A stretch of 64,000 bases of DNA from Mantamonas sphyraenae STR306 (lineage: Eukaryota > Protista > CRuMs), in contig JAPMXV010000029.1 in the NCBI GenBank assembly GCA_026936335.1, forward strand, positions 434,001 through 498,000, given 5' to 3'. The notes below the pieces were generated by a model that was given only the letters and a program-made list of their open reading frames with translations, made no database searches and was not told where the DNA came from. A program made the position numbers and the translations under genes. This document shows positions 37,254 to 49,110 of the stretch, piece after piece (position 1 is the stretch's first letter; each line of letters starts with the position of its first letter).

Positions 37254-38123
37254 ATGAGCAACAGCTTCTACGAAACACAGCGGTTGCTGATTGTGTTTGA
37301 CTACGACAACACGCTGATTGGAGACAACTCGGACAAGCTGATTGTGCAGGCGCTGGAGTCGACCCTGTTCGAGACGGCCCTTGCAGACTATGCTCGGCGC
37401 AAGGAGGAGGAGGAAGGATTTGGTTGGACCCAGTTCATGGACGAAATGATGGGGGAACTGCATGCGCGAGGATACACGCAGGAAGATTTTGAGCGGGTGT
37501 TTGCGGAGACTGCGTTTGACACCGAGTTTGGCAAGGTGTTGTTGAAGCTTGCGACGACACAGGGAGTGGAGCTGGCGATTGTTTCGGATAGCAACACGGT
37601 GTTTATCGACATGATCAACAGGGCCAAGGGCATTCAGGATGCGTTTGGTTGCGTGGTGACCAACCCGGCGGAGTGGAACGAGGAGGGTCGGCTGGAGGTT
37701 CGTCCGCTGCAGCCGCTGGACACGCCCCACGGCTGCACACGGTGCAACGCAAACATCTGCAAGGGAAAGGAGGTGACTGCGCTGATCGAAGAGTCGGACA
37801 AGAATGGTCGGGTGGTGTATGTGGGAGACGGGCGCAACGACTTTCACGCAGCTGCGGCCCTGTTCCGAGGCGACATGGTCCTTGCTCGCACGGGATACCC
37901 GCTGGCAAAGCAGCTTCAAGAGGATGTTGCGAAGGAGAAGGTGGATCGGGAGGTGCGGGCGACGATTAGGCTGTGGGAAGACTGGGCGGATCTTGGTCAG
38001 CAACTGGAAGACGTGGTGGCCGAGTTCCAGGAGAGGGCCAAGGAGCAGCCGTCGGAACATGACCAAGAGAAGTTGCAGGAGGGTTTGGACAAGGTGCTGG
38101 AGGATTTGAAGAGGCCCTGGTGA
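37254..38123 (+). CDS. PHOSPHO1/PHOSPHO2/PECP-type HAD phosphatase
   Basis: VFDYDNTLIGDNSD, IVSDSNTVFI, VTNPAEW, HGC..C.ANICKG, VYVGDGRNDF. Confidence 0.9.
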   Translation: MSNSFYETQRLLIVFDYDNTLIGDNSDKLIVQALESTLFETALADYARRKEEEEGFGWTQFMDEMMGELHARGYTQEDFERVFAETAFDTEFGKVLLKLATTQGVELAIVSDSNTVFIDMINRAKGIQDAFGCVVTNPAEWNEEGRLEVRPLQPLDTPHGCTRCNANICKGKEVTALIEESDKNGRVVYVGDGRNDFHAAAALFRGDMVLARTGYPLAKQLQEDVAKEKVDREVRATIRLWEDWADLGQQLEDVVAEFQERAKEQPSEHDQEKLQEGLDKVLEDLKRPW

Positions 38124-38156
38124 GGAATGAAGAAGTGATCCATTGTTGCGGTCAAG

Positions 38157-40550
38157 TCAGTTTGCCACACCCTTTGCAGGAGGTTCCCATGCGAGGAGGT
38201 GCCGCTGGCCAATGAGAGAGGCACGGGTGAGCACAGAGCCGTGAACTGGAGAGGAAGATTGTGCGGCAAGGGAATCCGTGGAGGAATTCGTGGTCTCCAC
38301 GAGGGCGTGCGTCTGCTGCTGCCAGCGGTCGAGTTCAATGAGTCCCACGCCAAACTCGTTGTCCTTGTCGAGCATGGTGACCTCGCGTTTGTCGTTCCAC
38401 AGCCTGATGCCGAGATCGGCAAAGATCTGTGCCACGGCAAGGTAGAGGCGCGTGCGGATGTCAGTTCGGCGAGAGGTGAATTGCCAGCTGACGCTGATGC
38501 ACACATAGGCTTCCATGACGGCACGTGTGCCGTTCATTTCGAGGATAGCGACCTGGCAGCCCTCGTTTTGGTCGCAGTCTGCGGGATTGCGTCGGATCCA
38601 CTCTTGCAGACGGATCTCGACACCCTGGACTTGCTGGGCAGTGATGTTTGCGTCGACGTCAAAGTGGAGAGGGAGCCAGATGCGTCCTCCCTCGTTGCCG
38701 TTGTGGATTTTCATGCCGCGCAGCTGCTTGTTGCTGAGGCGGATGCCACGGCCATCCCATGTCTTGAACTCTGTGGTCTGCAGGCCAATGCGATACACAA
38801 TGGCATGGGGCCCGTTGTCAAAGTGCACGCGGTCGCCGACGACAAAGGGGCGCACGAGGAGCAGGAAAACGAGGTCCTCAAACAGGGTGCTGAGCATGTT
38901 GCCAAACACAAAGCTGAGGGAGAGGACGAGAGAGGAAAAGGCGACGAGCCAAGCACTGACGTCCTGGCCAAAGAGGACGGCTGCGATGAGGAGGACGGGA
39001 AACATGGCAAAGGTGCGGAGCATACGCTCGACGCTGAGAAAGATCGAGTCGTGGTTGGCGAGGGAGATGGCCAGGTCGCGACGTTGACGGTACATGGCAA
39101 CGACGGCTTGGCGAGTGACGGCGCGAGTGATGATGCCATCGTGATTGATGTCGAAAAGCTTGAAGGCCCTGTCGGCCATGGTTGTGTCGTCGCCATCTTT
39201 GAAGAGACGGGTGAACACCTTGCGGGGAATGACGATGGTGGTGTCGTTGGAGGAGCGCAAGCCTGCGAGACCCGAGCGCTGGCGCTCGAGCTGGGCGATG
39301 TCGGCTGGTTTCATGCCGAGGGTGCTTGCAGCCTTGCTGGAGAGGAAAGAGGCGCCACGCTTCTTGCCAAGGGAGCCCAGAGAGGCAGGGGTGGCCCCAA
39401 AGGCATCCTCCTGCTGCTTTGTGGCGAGGGAGGCAATGTCGTCGCTGCTGGACGACTTTTTTGTTTTCATCATCGGGGCCTTGCTGAGCTTGCTGGAGGA
39501 GCCAGCAGCAGCATGGGTGGAGGTTGTAGACGGAGGCACGGCGAGAGAGGACGAGGTGGTGGAGAAGGTAGAAGAGGAGGAGGAGGAGGAGGAGGAGGAG
39601 GAGGAGGAGGCGGAAGGTTGGGTTGAAACGGCAGTGCCACCGCTTGTGGCGCGCTTGTGCTTCTTGCGATTGCAGTACTGGTCGAAAATGCGGTTTGCAA
39701 GCTTGGCAGCCTCCTTGGAGGAGGTCACGTCGAGTTTGCCATCGTCGGCGGCGACCGTGAGCTGGCGGTTCTTGACGGAGCGCATGAGGTCCACAAAAGT
39801 TCCGGTTGTGCGGACCTGGTTGGCAAAGGTGCGGCCGCGTTGGAGGGTGCCAAGAACGGTCTGGACAAACACGGCGTCACGGACCTTTTCGTGGAACTGC
39901 TCTTCGTGGAAGCCCGCGGCAAAGTAGTGGACGGCAGTGCTTGTGAGGAGAAAGAGGAAGTTGGTGGCAAGGCCCAACACAAGGAGCGGAGAAACGAACC
40001 AGAAAATGGTGCCACGATAGTTGATGCTCCAGGTGACGATCATGGTGATGAAAGCGAGGAGGAGGGAGAGCTCAGAGTCAATAAAAAGCAGGGCAAAGCG
40101 GAGTTGGCTGTTGTCGGACGTCATGATGCTTGTGGTGACCTGGTTGATGGAGTGGACGGTGACCTTGTGCCAGAACGAGACTGAAAGGAGGAGGGACATG
40201 CCGATCCAGGTCCATCCGGTGGCCGTGGTCTTGTCCCACTTGCCGACAGGGTTGAGAAAGAGGACGAATAGCCCTGCGCACAAAAGTAGAATCCAGGTGA
40301 GACGTCTCCATTTGAACTTGCGTGTGGCGCGTGCATCAAAGTCGGCCTCGTCGATGTCGTCTTCGGGGTTGGGTTCCTTTTCGGCGCCGTTGGCGTCGGG
40401 CTGCTTGCCAGAGAGGCTGGCGACGGCTGCCGAAGCTGCCGACTGTAGATTTGCCAAGCTCTTGCGAGGGGCTCGTTTGGCCTCTGTGGGTGGATCCTCT
40501 GCCTTGACTGAGATGAGGGAGATCTCGTCGTCTGACTTTGGTTCACTCAT
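38157..40550 (-). CDS. MscS-like mechanosensitive channel (MSL/Msy type) with an EF-hand
   Basis: Multi-TM N-terminus; RAFKLFDINHDGIIT EF-hand; SFVFGN..FE..VFLLLVRPFVVGDRV..V.RIGLQTTEF..DG..SNKQL. Confidence 0.9.
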   Translation of the reverse strand: MSEPKSDDEISLISVKAEDPPTEAKRAPRKSLANLQSAASAAVASLSGKQPDANGAEKEPNPEDDIDEADFDARATRKFKWRRLTWILLLCAGLFVLFLNPVGKWDKTTATGWTWIGMSLLLSVSFWHKVTVHSINQVTTSIMTSDNSQLRFALLFIDSELSLLLAFITMIVTWSINYRGTIFWFVSPLLVLGLATNFLFLLTSTAVHYFAAGFHEEQFHEKVRDAVFVQTVLGTLQRGRTFANQVRTTGTFVDLMRSVKNRQLTVAADDGKLDVTSSKEAAKLANRIFDQYCNRKKHKRATSGGTAVSTQPSASSSSSSSSSSSSSTFSTTSSSLAVPPSTTSTHAAAGSSSKLSKAPMMKTKKSSSSDDIASLATKQQEDAFGATPASLGSLGKKRGASFLSSKAASTLGMKPADIAQLERQRSGLAGLRSSNDTTIVIPRKVFTRLFKDGDDTTMADRAFKLFDINHDGIITRAVTRQAVVAMYRQRRDLAISLANHDSIFLSVERMLRTFAMFPVLLIAAVLFGQDVSAWLVAFSSLVLSLSFVFGNMLSTLFEDLVFLLLVRPFVVGDRVHFDNGPHAIVYRIGLQTTEFKTWDGRGIRLSNKQLRGMKIHNGNEGGRIWLPLHFDVDANITAQQVQGVEIRLQEWIRRNPADCDQNEGCQVAILEMNGTRAVMEAYVCISVSWQFTSRRTDIRTRLYLAVAQIFADLGIRLWNDKREVTMLDKDNEFGVGLIELDRWQQQTHALVETTNSSTDSLAAQSSSPVHGSVLTRASLIGQRHLLAWEPPAKGVAN

Positions 40551-40627
40551 GGGGAAGGCAGCGCTTGGGGTTGGCGGCCAATGCGCGCGTGTCATGGCAC
40601 CGGAACTTTTTTCGTAGCAAGCAGATT

Positions 40628-41712
40628 ATGTCGCAGTACATTGGCAAGACCGCCCCTTCGTTCACCGCTGACGCCGTCATTGATGGCGACTTTGAGGAGT
40701 TCTCCCTGGAGGCCCACCGCGGTAGGTTTTGGTCGTTTGGAGAGGCGTGGAGAAGTGGAGCGGATCTTTTTCCGGTGCATGACACGGTGCGAGGAGCGCG
40801 GTTCAAAAAGAGGGAGGCGGAGGGATGGGACGGGGAAGCGGGGAAGGGATATGCATGAGTGGGAAGGGGGGTAAGGAGAATAAGTTGGGCCCAGGGAAAT
40901 AGGAAGCACGGAAGGCGAGGAGAGAAGAGGTCGGAGGAGTGGGAGGGAGAGAGAGGGAAGACGGAAAGCGGTGCGCAAGCTGACACGTCGGAATGGACAC
41001 GAACACTTGTATGCTCTGCGTGCGTGCGTGTGTGTGTGTGCGCGCGCGTGGTTATGTTTCACGTTCCACACAGGCAAGTACGTGGTGCTGTTCTTCTACC
41101 CGCTGGACTTCACGTTTGTGTGCCCGACGGAGATCTGCGCATTCAGCGACCGCGCTCAGGAGTTCAAGGAGCTGGGCTGCGAGCTGGCCGCCATCTCGGT
41201 CGACTCCAAGGTAAGTGAGGCGAAGAGGGATGTGGGGATGTGGGCGTGTGTGCGTAGAGGGTGCAGGTGCGAGAGGGCGAGGGAGGCGGAAAGAAGAGTC
41301 TGGAAGGGCGGAAGCTTTGGCGTTGACACGAAGGGGGTTTCGTGGCACGCAGTACACGCATCTGGCGTGGACCAACACGCCGCGCAAGGAAGGTGGCGTG
41401 GGCAACCTGCAGATCCCGCTTGTGAGCGATCTGAACAAGAAGATTGCCTCGGACTACGGTGTGCTGCTGGAGGAGGCCGGTGTTGCGTACCGCGGCCTGT
41501 TCATCATCGACCAGAAGGGCGACGTGCGCGTCATGATGGTCAACGACCTGCCCATTGGTCGCAGCGTGGACGAGACCCTGCGTCTGCTGCAGGCCATCCA
41601 GTTCAACGACGAGCACGGAGAGGTGTGCCCTGCCAACTGGACCCCTGGAGAGGCCACCATGAAGGACAACCCCAAGGACTCGCAGGAGTACTTCAAGACC
41701 CTGGAAGGCTAA
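40628..41712 (+). CDS. Typical 2-Cys peroxiredoxin (Prx1/TSA family); exons ~40628-40721, 41074-41210, 41353-41712
   Basis: [54 protein letters not shown]. Confidence 0.96.
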
Positions 41713-41761
41713 GCACCGAGCATGATCCGCACAAGCGAGCAAGTCCTCACGTGGAGCGTGA

Positions 41762-41792
<31 letters not shown>

Positions 41793-41850
41793 TGCGTGAA
41801 GGCCACCAAAACAAACACCCGGCACGTTCGCCCCCCCCCCGCCCGAAAGC

Positions 41851-43924
41851 ATGGAAAGTGGTGCGCGACGAGGGAGTGTGACATCGATGGGTGGACCCAG
41901 CACAGTGGGACGTACGAGTTCGCAGGTGTCGATGATGTCGATCAAAGAGGAACCCGTGAGCGAGTTGGCGCAGGCGCGTGTGTTGCTGTGCCACGTGTGC
42001 TGCAACCGCTTTGTGTGCTCGTCCATGAGACTGCACCCGGCCGTATGTCTGCGCAATCGCAAGGCGCAGCAACGCCAGCTGCCGGAGTACATGCGAACAG
42101 CCGCGCCAAAGAGCCCCACGGTGTCTGTGCCCGGGTTGCACGACGCGGCCGAGGCGTACGACGAGTACAATCGGCAGGCCAAAGCAGCGTACCTTGCGTC
42201 GCTGCCGCAGTGCAGTACGCCCTGTTCACGCCGCTGGATCAACTTGGAGAAGCTACGCATGCACAAGCAGGGTAAGTGGGGCAGGGTGGTGCGTAGGAGG
42301 CACGCTTTTGAGTTGGCTGACCACAAGGCGAGAGCAGACGAGTGTTCGGTGGCCATGACACACCAGGTGGCCAAGTATGGACGAGGCATGACCAAATATG
42401 ACCAAAACATGCAAAGTAGTGCACCCAGCAAGCGTCTGAATGGCACCATGAGCCTTTCACAGAGCCTCAGCGGGTCCAGGTCACAAAGGTACGTTGAAGC
42501 GCACCGGGGTGTTCAACTGGCGCCCACAACACCACATACACACACATACACACATCAATGTGCGCATGAGTGTACACGCACATGATCAAAGATGACACTG
42601 ACACAAGGAGGTGTGCGCTGGCGTGCGCGGATGAATGGCACAGGGGCAAGCAACAGATGCGAAGCCCGGGGAAACGGGAAAAGGTCACGCCGCTGGCCTA
42701 CCTGGCCATGAGGTAAGCCCCACACAAAAGCACACATAACACACAAACACAGGGTCCTTTCATGGTGTGTAGACTGACACACGCATACGCAATGCGCTCA
42801 GGGGCATCCAACTGGAGGCGGAGGACCTGGACGAGGAACCTGACGAGCTGCTGCCGTACAGCAAGACACGTGGGCGCAGCGGACGGGAGATGAAGCGCAC
42901 AGAGAGCACGTCTAGCTCAGGGTTTGGCAGTGAGACGACCGTGGCCACGTTGACCAAGTACGCAGGAGGCAATGACCCACAGGAGCTGTTTGCAGCCATC
43001 AAACGGCCGTCCAAGGCGCTGGAGCAGGGGGATGCAGAGCGAAGAAAACCGTCGCAATGGTATGGCGAGGGAGAGGACGAGGAAGATGAGGAGGATGGCC
43101 AAGGGGGGGAGGAGGATGACGAGGATGACGAGGAGGAGGAGGAGGAGGAGGCAGGGGAAGGCGGTGGCAGAAGGCAACGACGCGATGTGGACAAGAGCCA
43201 GGGGGGCCAAAAGAGAGGCAGCAGCAAGAAAAAGACGATGTACGATGAACACGGACGCAGGGTTCGTGCCGACGGAAGCCATGTACGTGGGCGGCCGCGC
43301 GTGTTGAACAAGCAGAAAGAGTACGAGGCGGCGGACCATCCGCTGTTTTCTGATGTGACCCTGTACAGCCAAAAGTACCTGCGCACGGTGTATCATGAGC
43401 GCACGCTGGAGAAGCTGAAGAAGCAGCAGCACGCAGAGAGGAAGCGGGCGCGGCGGTCGCGCAGGAGACGCAGGCGCACGTCGTCGTCGTCGGAGGCAGA
43501 GACGGGCTTTTGGAACGCAGCCGACCCGTTTGGAACGAGTGGCTTTGGTCAGAACGGCGACGAGGAAGGAGATGACGAGGAGGAGTTGTACAACAATGTG
43601 GGCGTCGGCCAGTCGCCGAGGAGGACTGAGCACGGGGCCGGTGTGGTGGTGATGGAGGATGTGGGCGGGGAGGAAGAGGATGAGGGAGCCCTTACGCTGG
43701 TGGAAAAGAGCATGTTTGTGACCCCTGTGGTGACAGAGGAGCAGAAGAAGAAGGAGCGGCAAGCCGCGGAGGAGGCTGCCAAGCGCCAGGAGCAGGAGGA
43801 TCGCTTTGGGTTTGCACCCACCAGTGTGAATGTGGATGCTCTTGAAGGAGGCACTGGCTCATCCGATCTGGGCGCAGACAACGAATTTGGCTATGTGCCG
43901 AACCTGGGATTTCTGCGGAAATGA
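41851..43924 (+). CDS. C2HC zinc-finger (ZNF474-like repeat) protein with an acidic/low-complexity C-terminus; multi-exon
   Basis: [41 protein letters not shown] spacing resembles the paired C2HC fingers of ZNF474; continues into ORF 42890-43924 via introns. Confidence 0.55.
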
Positions 43925-44016
43925 TGATGGATGGTGGTGGTGGTGCTATGAAATGAAACCAAGCAAGAACAAAAGAGGGAACGGAACCAGATTGCAGCAG
44001 CACTGAACCAGAACAT

Positions 44017-45837
44017 TCATTCCAGCCAAAACGGCGGCTGGGAGTTTCCGGTGACCGAGACGGCCTTGCATTGGCCGTATACACCAACTACGGGATACAT
44101 ATGTGCATCTAGAGGGCGTGACTGCGATGGGGTCACGTGAAGGTGGGACACCCGCATGCCTACGCGCGAATCGACCAGCTCCGATTCTTCCCGCTGGACC
44201 ACGGTGTAAAACACGGGCGAGGCTGCGTCTGTGGCGTCTGTGGGGTTGACACTGTCTGTGGCTGTCTGTACTCCTGCCTCGCCCTCCTGGACTTGTTCTT
44301 GTTGCTCTTGTTCGCCGAGCTGCGCTTCCACGTCAACGCCGATTGTCTCTGCAGCATCCATGCGATACAGATGGAAATGCTGGGTCCCCTGTGCGTCAAC
44401 TTCAAACCAAAGCCCAATGATCGTGCCTGTCTGAAGCATTGATGTGTCGAAGCCGCGAAGCAACTCCTGGTACTCGAGGTCGTCGTCCAGGTGCGCCAGA
44501 CTGTCGTGGATGCGCAGGGTTTCGTCGTGAAACTCCATGACATAAGCCAAGGGCACGGCGACGGCATTGGTCAATGACGACAAGTCTGGTCTGCCCTCCA
44601 GGTCAGCCAAGTCGCACAAGGTGACTCCAATTTCCAGCGACCCAGCCCAGTCTGCCGACACCGAACTGATTTCCACCTCAAAGTATGCACACTGGGGATC
44701 GAGACGACGCGACCCCACCACAATACAGCCCCCAAACGAAAAGGGCCGCTCCACAAACGTGCCGTGTGCGTTCACCTGCACATTCTTGCCGTGGTACTCC
44801 GTATCAAATGTAAACGCTGCACTGGACGCTCCCAGCGCGACCACATCGCTCATTCTGCTTGCTGCAACGCCTGCACTGCCCCCGCTGAATCCGATGTCGT
44901 TCGGGCTGGACGCGCGTGAGCTGGCGCCGCCCTGTGTCAGCTGCTCCGTCAGCATTTCCACATGATGACGCAACAGAACATTCTCGCTGCTCAGTGCCTC
45001 CACTTGTGCGTGAGTCTATCCATACTATCGCACTGTTCCAGCACCTGTGCCTGCAACAACTCAAGTTGCTTCTGCTGCGCCGTCAGAAACACGTTCAGCC
45101 GCTCAAACAGACAATCCTGCGCCACGTGCTCCTCAATCAACTCTCGCGTTTCTGATCATGGGCGGTTCTGGTCGTCAGCATCACATGGGCGACCCGGGCA
45201 CACCGCGAAAAGGGAAAACACGCGCACGATGCTCGGGGGCGCCCTTTGCCTTACCTCGCACGCGACAGCCTAGGCGGGCGTTAGGACATTCCACACTGCG
45301 CTGCAAACATCGTTCCTGAAGATGCGCAGGCAGTGAGGAGCGCTGTAGGACATGGGGTGGCCGTGTCGTGCGTCCGTGTGTGTCAGCCTGCGAAAACGGC
45401 CCGAAAAGGCTTCACAACACGCCACGCGCAGAGCGGAAACGAAAGAAGCATACCTCGCTGACCATGCCACAACCAGGCACGGGACACAGTACAGGCAAGC
45501 GGTCGATCATGCCTGTGATGAGTGGGTTGGCACGCTCTAGCGTGGCGTCGCCAAGGTTGCTGTTGCACAGCGGGCACACGGGTCGCTGCTCCATCGCCGT
45601 GCTGATGCATGCGTGACAGAACGTGTGCCTACACGGCGTCTCCACTGGTTCCACAAACACGTCTGTGCAAATGCTGCACAGCAGGTGTTCGTTCAGATCC
45701 TTGTCCTGGTACGCAAACTCGTGCACGCCTGGTTTGCGCGAGTCCTTCGTGTGTCCCTCGTGGCCACACAAGGCACACAGCACATTGTCACCCACGCCAA
45801 CCTGCCCAAATCCGGCCTGGGCGCTTGCACGTGACAT
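44017..45837 (-). CDS. RING + TRAF-type zinc fingers + coiled coil + Neuralized (NHR) domain; putative E3 ligase, 3 exons
   Basis: CSICTDVFVEPVETPCRHTFCHACI..CPLC RING; spliced CPVPGC..AHLQERC and CPNARLGC..EEHVAQDC; YHGKNVQV..F..IVVGSRRL..FEVEI..WAGSLEIGVT (NHR). Confidence 0.8.
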
Positions 45838-45904
45838 GGATGCTGCTGCTGCTGCTGTGTGAATGAAAAGGTGCCGGCGCCTGCGCAGCCACACCAAGCT
45901 CCCC

Positions 45905-47471
45905 ATGTCCGAGTCTGTTGCCAGCAGCAGTGCCTCCAGTCAGGTTGCATCGCAGGCTGCCCACTCAACAGCCTCGTCAGTGCACAGCGCTGCGGCCACG
46001 GCCGACCTGTGGCGCGTCCACCGCTCGCCGTGGTTCTTTGGCCTTTGCGCCGTGCCGCTTCTTCCGGCCCTGCTCCTCTTTGCACTCAACTACAAGGCTC
46101 TCACGCAACTGGGAATCCTGCAAGCCCTGGGGTACAATGTTCTCCTCTCGTCCCTGGGCCTCATCTTGACCGTCAAGCTCATTCCGGCCCTTATTCCGAA
46201 ACTGCTCGTGGACGCTGGCCTGTCGGGCATGGACCTCGCCAAACCAAACCAGAAACATCGCATGTACGTGTGCCACAGGCCTACCAACGCCCATCCATCC
46301 GAACCAGATGGACCCGGCAGTGTTTTGTACTCGTCCAATGTGCTCCCTCTGTGTCCACACCCACCCGCTCTGCCTTGCGCTGCGTGATGACGCGTGTCAT
46401 CGTCAACACTCACACCCCGGTCCCCTTCCCCTCCCCCCACAGTCCCGAATCAATGGGCATTGTGCCTGCCACGCTCTTTCTCATCTGCATCATCTTTTTC
46501 CAGCTGCAGAACTTTATGCCCACAGAGTACAACGCTGCCACAACCTCGGTCATCTTTATGATCTTCCTCGGCTTTGCCGACGACGTTCTCAATCTCCGCT
46601 GGCGATACAAGCTCGTCCTTCCCACCGTGGCTTCCTTGCCTCTTATTCTCTCCTATGCCGGAGGCACCACCGTCGTCGTGCCCAACATTCCGCTCCTGCG
46701 AGACACGTTTGGCAGCTCCGTTGACTTGGGTAAGTTTCGTCCTTGTCCCAAACGTGACGTGCACTTGCTCCTTCTCACACCCCACCCCTCCGCTCTGTCA
46801 CAGGCTGGATCTATCACATGTACATGCTGCTGCTGGCTGTGTTCTGCACAAACTCGATCAACATCTACGCTGGCATCAACGGCCTCGAGGTGGGTCAGTC
46901 CTACATCATTGCGTGCTCGCTGCTCATCCACAACCTGCTGCAGCTGTGCAATGTGATGGGTGTCGACACCCAGACGCGCAACTACCATCTGTTTTCCATG
47001 TTTCTCATTATTCCCTTTGCCGCAACCTCTCTGGGTCTCCTCTACTACAATTGGTATCCCAGCCGTGTCTTTGTCGGCGACACCTACACCTACTTTGCAG
47101 GCATGACCTTTGCGGTGGTTGGCATCCTTGGCCACTTCAGCAAGACCCTCCTCCTCTTCTTTCTGCCTCAAATCCTCAACTTTGTCGTGTCCATCCCACA
47201 GATCTTCCACCTCATCCCATGTCCTCGCCATCGCGTCCCTCGCTTTGACCGTGCCACTGGCAAGATGTACTGCGTGCGCACACACCACACCCTCCTCAAC
47301 CTCTACCTCTACATCTTTGGCCCCATGACTGAGGAGCAACTTTCACTCCTCGCCATGGCCGTCCAGCTCCTCTGCTCCCTTTTTGCCTTTTACATCCGCT
47401 ACTTTGTTGCCGCCCAGCTCTACGGCGACGCGTTCCCTACCCTCAACCTGCCTCTCAAGTCTGAACTGTGA
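45905..47471 (+). CDS. ALG7: UDP-GlcNAc:dolichyl-phosphate GlcNAc-1-P transferase; 2 introns
   Basis: [70 protein letters not shown]. Confidence 0.96.
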
Positions 47472-47505
47472 TCTGCGAGCAATAGACTTGAGTTCATGTT
47501 CATCT

Positions 47506-49047
47506 TCATTCCTGCTTCTCGCCTTCCTCCTGTGCCTCGCTGCTCGCAGTGCTCTCGCTGTTGCTGCTCGTGGTGGTGGTGGTGGTGTTTGCGGCAGCTG
47601 CAGCCTCTGTCGTCAGCTTCAGCGCCTCCATGCTCTTGGCCAGCTCGTCCGTGTTGTCCAGATTCGCCATCACATCCTTGGAGCTGTCGAACACAGACTT
47701 GAAATTCTGTGCAACCTCCACCGTCTGGAAGCGGCATGCCAGTGTGTCTCGCGTCATCTCCTCGTCCGCAAAGTCCTGCGCAATCCAGTTCCACGTCTTC
47801 TCCGAACCGGCGTTCGGCGTGAGCTTGTACTTGGGGCTCACTGCGATACGCGGGCAGCCACAGGGTCAGCAACACGCACACCCACACACTGGGCCTCGAC
47901 ACACATCATGCATCAAAGCGGGGGAAACGCGGGGCACAGGGGCGCGCGCCGGGAGGGTGTGCCAGCTCGGGCGCGGACTGAACGGCTGCGGAATGCGCAC
48001 CAGCAGTCCAGCGCCGTGAAGCAGGATGCAGGGACCCCAGAAAAGCGATTCAGACGTGTTGAGCAAGATCTCTTCAAGCTGCCAGTGAGTTGTGATGCGG
48101 GCGACAGCGGACCAGAGAGATGCAAGGCGCAAGACACGACGTCGCGCGCCAAAATGGAGCAACGGACTCGAGGCCTGCGCCTTTCTGCTCTGTTGCATGC
48201 CTCGCTGTCCCTCTGCACAGCCAGGCAGGTTGCTCAACGTATGTATGCATGCGGGAAGCATGCTTGGCTGCCTGTGCGGTTGTGCGCGAGCACACAACCG
48301 CAGAGTTTTCTGGCGCTGCCCGGAAAGCGCATTCCGAGCCTCGCGTGCAGAAAGCCCGCCGTGCAGAGAAAAACCTCGCTGTCAACCCGTGCATTAAGAC
48401 ATATGCTTGTCTTGTTTGCGTAATTGTCTCATCATCATCGTCCCGGCGCAGGTGGGATGGGCATGCCTTGTTCACATCTCTCGACGCCCACTTACCGTAG
48501 TGGTTCGCGCAGATCTTGTAGGTTTTGTCGCGGCGCATCAGCACGCGGATGCGCTTGCTCTCCTTGTGCTGCAGCAGCTTCATCGTTCCCGTGCCGCGCT
48601 CCTTCCATTGCTTTGAGATGCTGTCCAGACGGTACAGGCGTGCGCGTCTGTAGTGTCCAGGCGGAGTCAGCAACACGCACGGTGCACATGCCGCCACGCT
48701 GATCACACCCGCACACAAAACGGAAAAAAACCTTCTCGCCTCACGTACGCCTCAAACAGCACGTCCTCGTCCTTTTCCAGCGAGTCCACATCCTGCGGCG
48801 TCAGCTCTGCCTTCTCTGTCTCCGTGTTGCTGGTCTCCTCCTTGCTGTTGCTGCTCTCCTGCGGCTTCTCGCCCTTGCTCACGCTTTGGAACGTGAACTT
48901 GCGGCGGCCGCCGCCAAACCGTCCCTTCTTCTCCTCGCCCTCGGCGCCCTCGGCTCCCTCTTCTGTCTTTGTCTCCTCAACCTTCTGCTCCTCCTGCGTC
49001 TGCGGCTGCTCCTCCGTCGTGGTGGTGGTCTGTTCGGGCTCACTCAT
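47506..49047 (-). CDS. RANBP1: Ran-binding protein 1; exons 49047-48749, 48647-48496, 47840-47506
   Basis: [10 protein letters not shown]|[36 protein letters not shown]|..[10 protein letters not shown]...DFAD..RF. Confidence 0.93.
48046..48440 (-). ncRNA. Intronic box C/D snoRNA, U27/snR74-type (18S Am28, yeast numbering), unusually long (~395 nt)
   Basis: C box AUGAUGA (48435-48429); 13-nt antisense to the 18S 5' end, AGACAAGCAUAUG (48412-48400), before D' CUUA; C'-like UUGAAGA (48077-48071); D box CUGA (48053-48050); terminal stem CGAU/AUCG; same strand as the host gene. Confidence 0.8.
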
Positions 49048-49110
49048 TGCTTTGGGGGGTTTCCGTGCCACAGTACGCGCAGCGCGGACGCAAGAACCAC
49101 AACAGCCTGA

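Noticed and set aside
35130-38066. 978-aa minus-strand ORF as a single gene
   Set aside because: It is a read-through of the phosphatase antisense, IP3R 5' exons and introns
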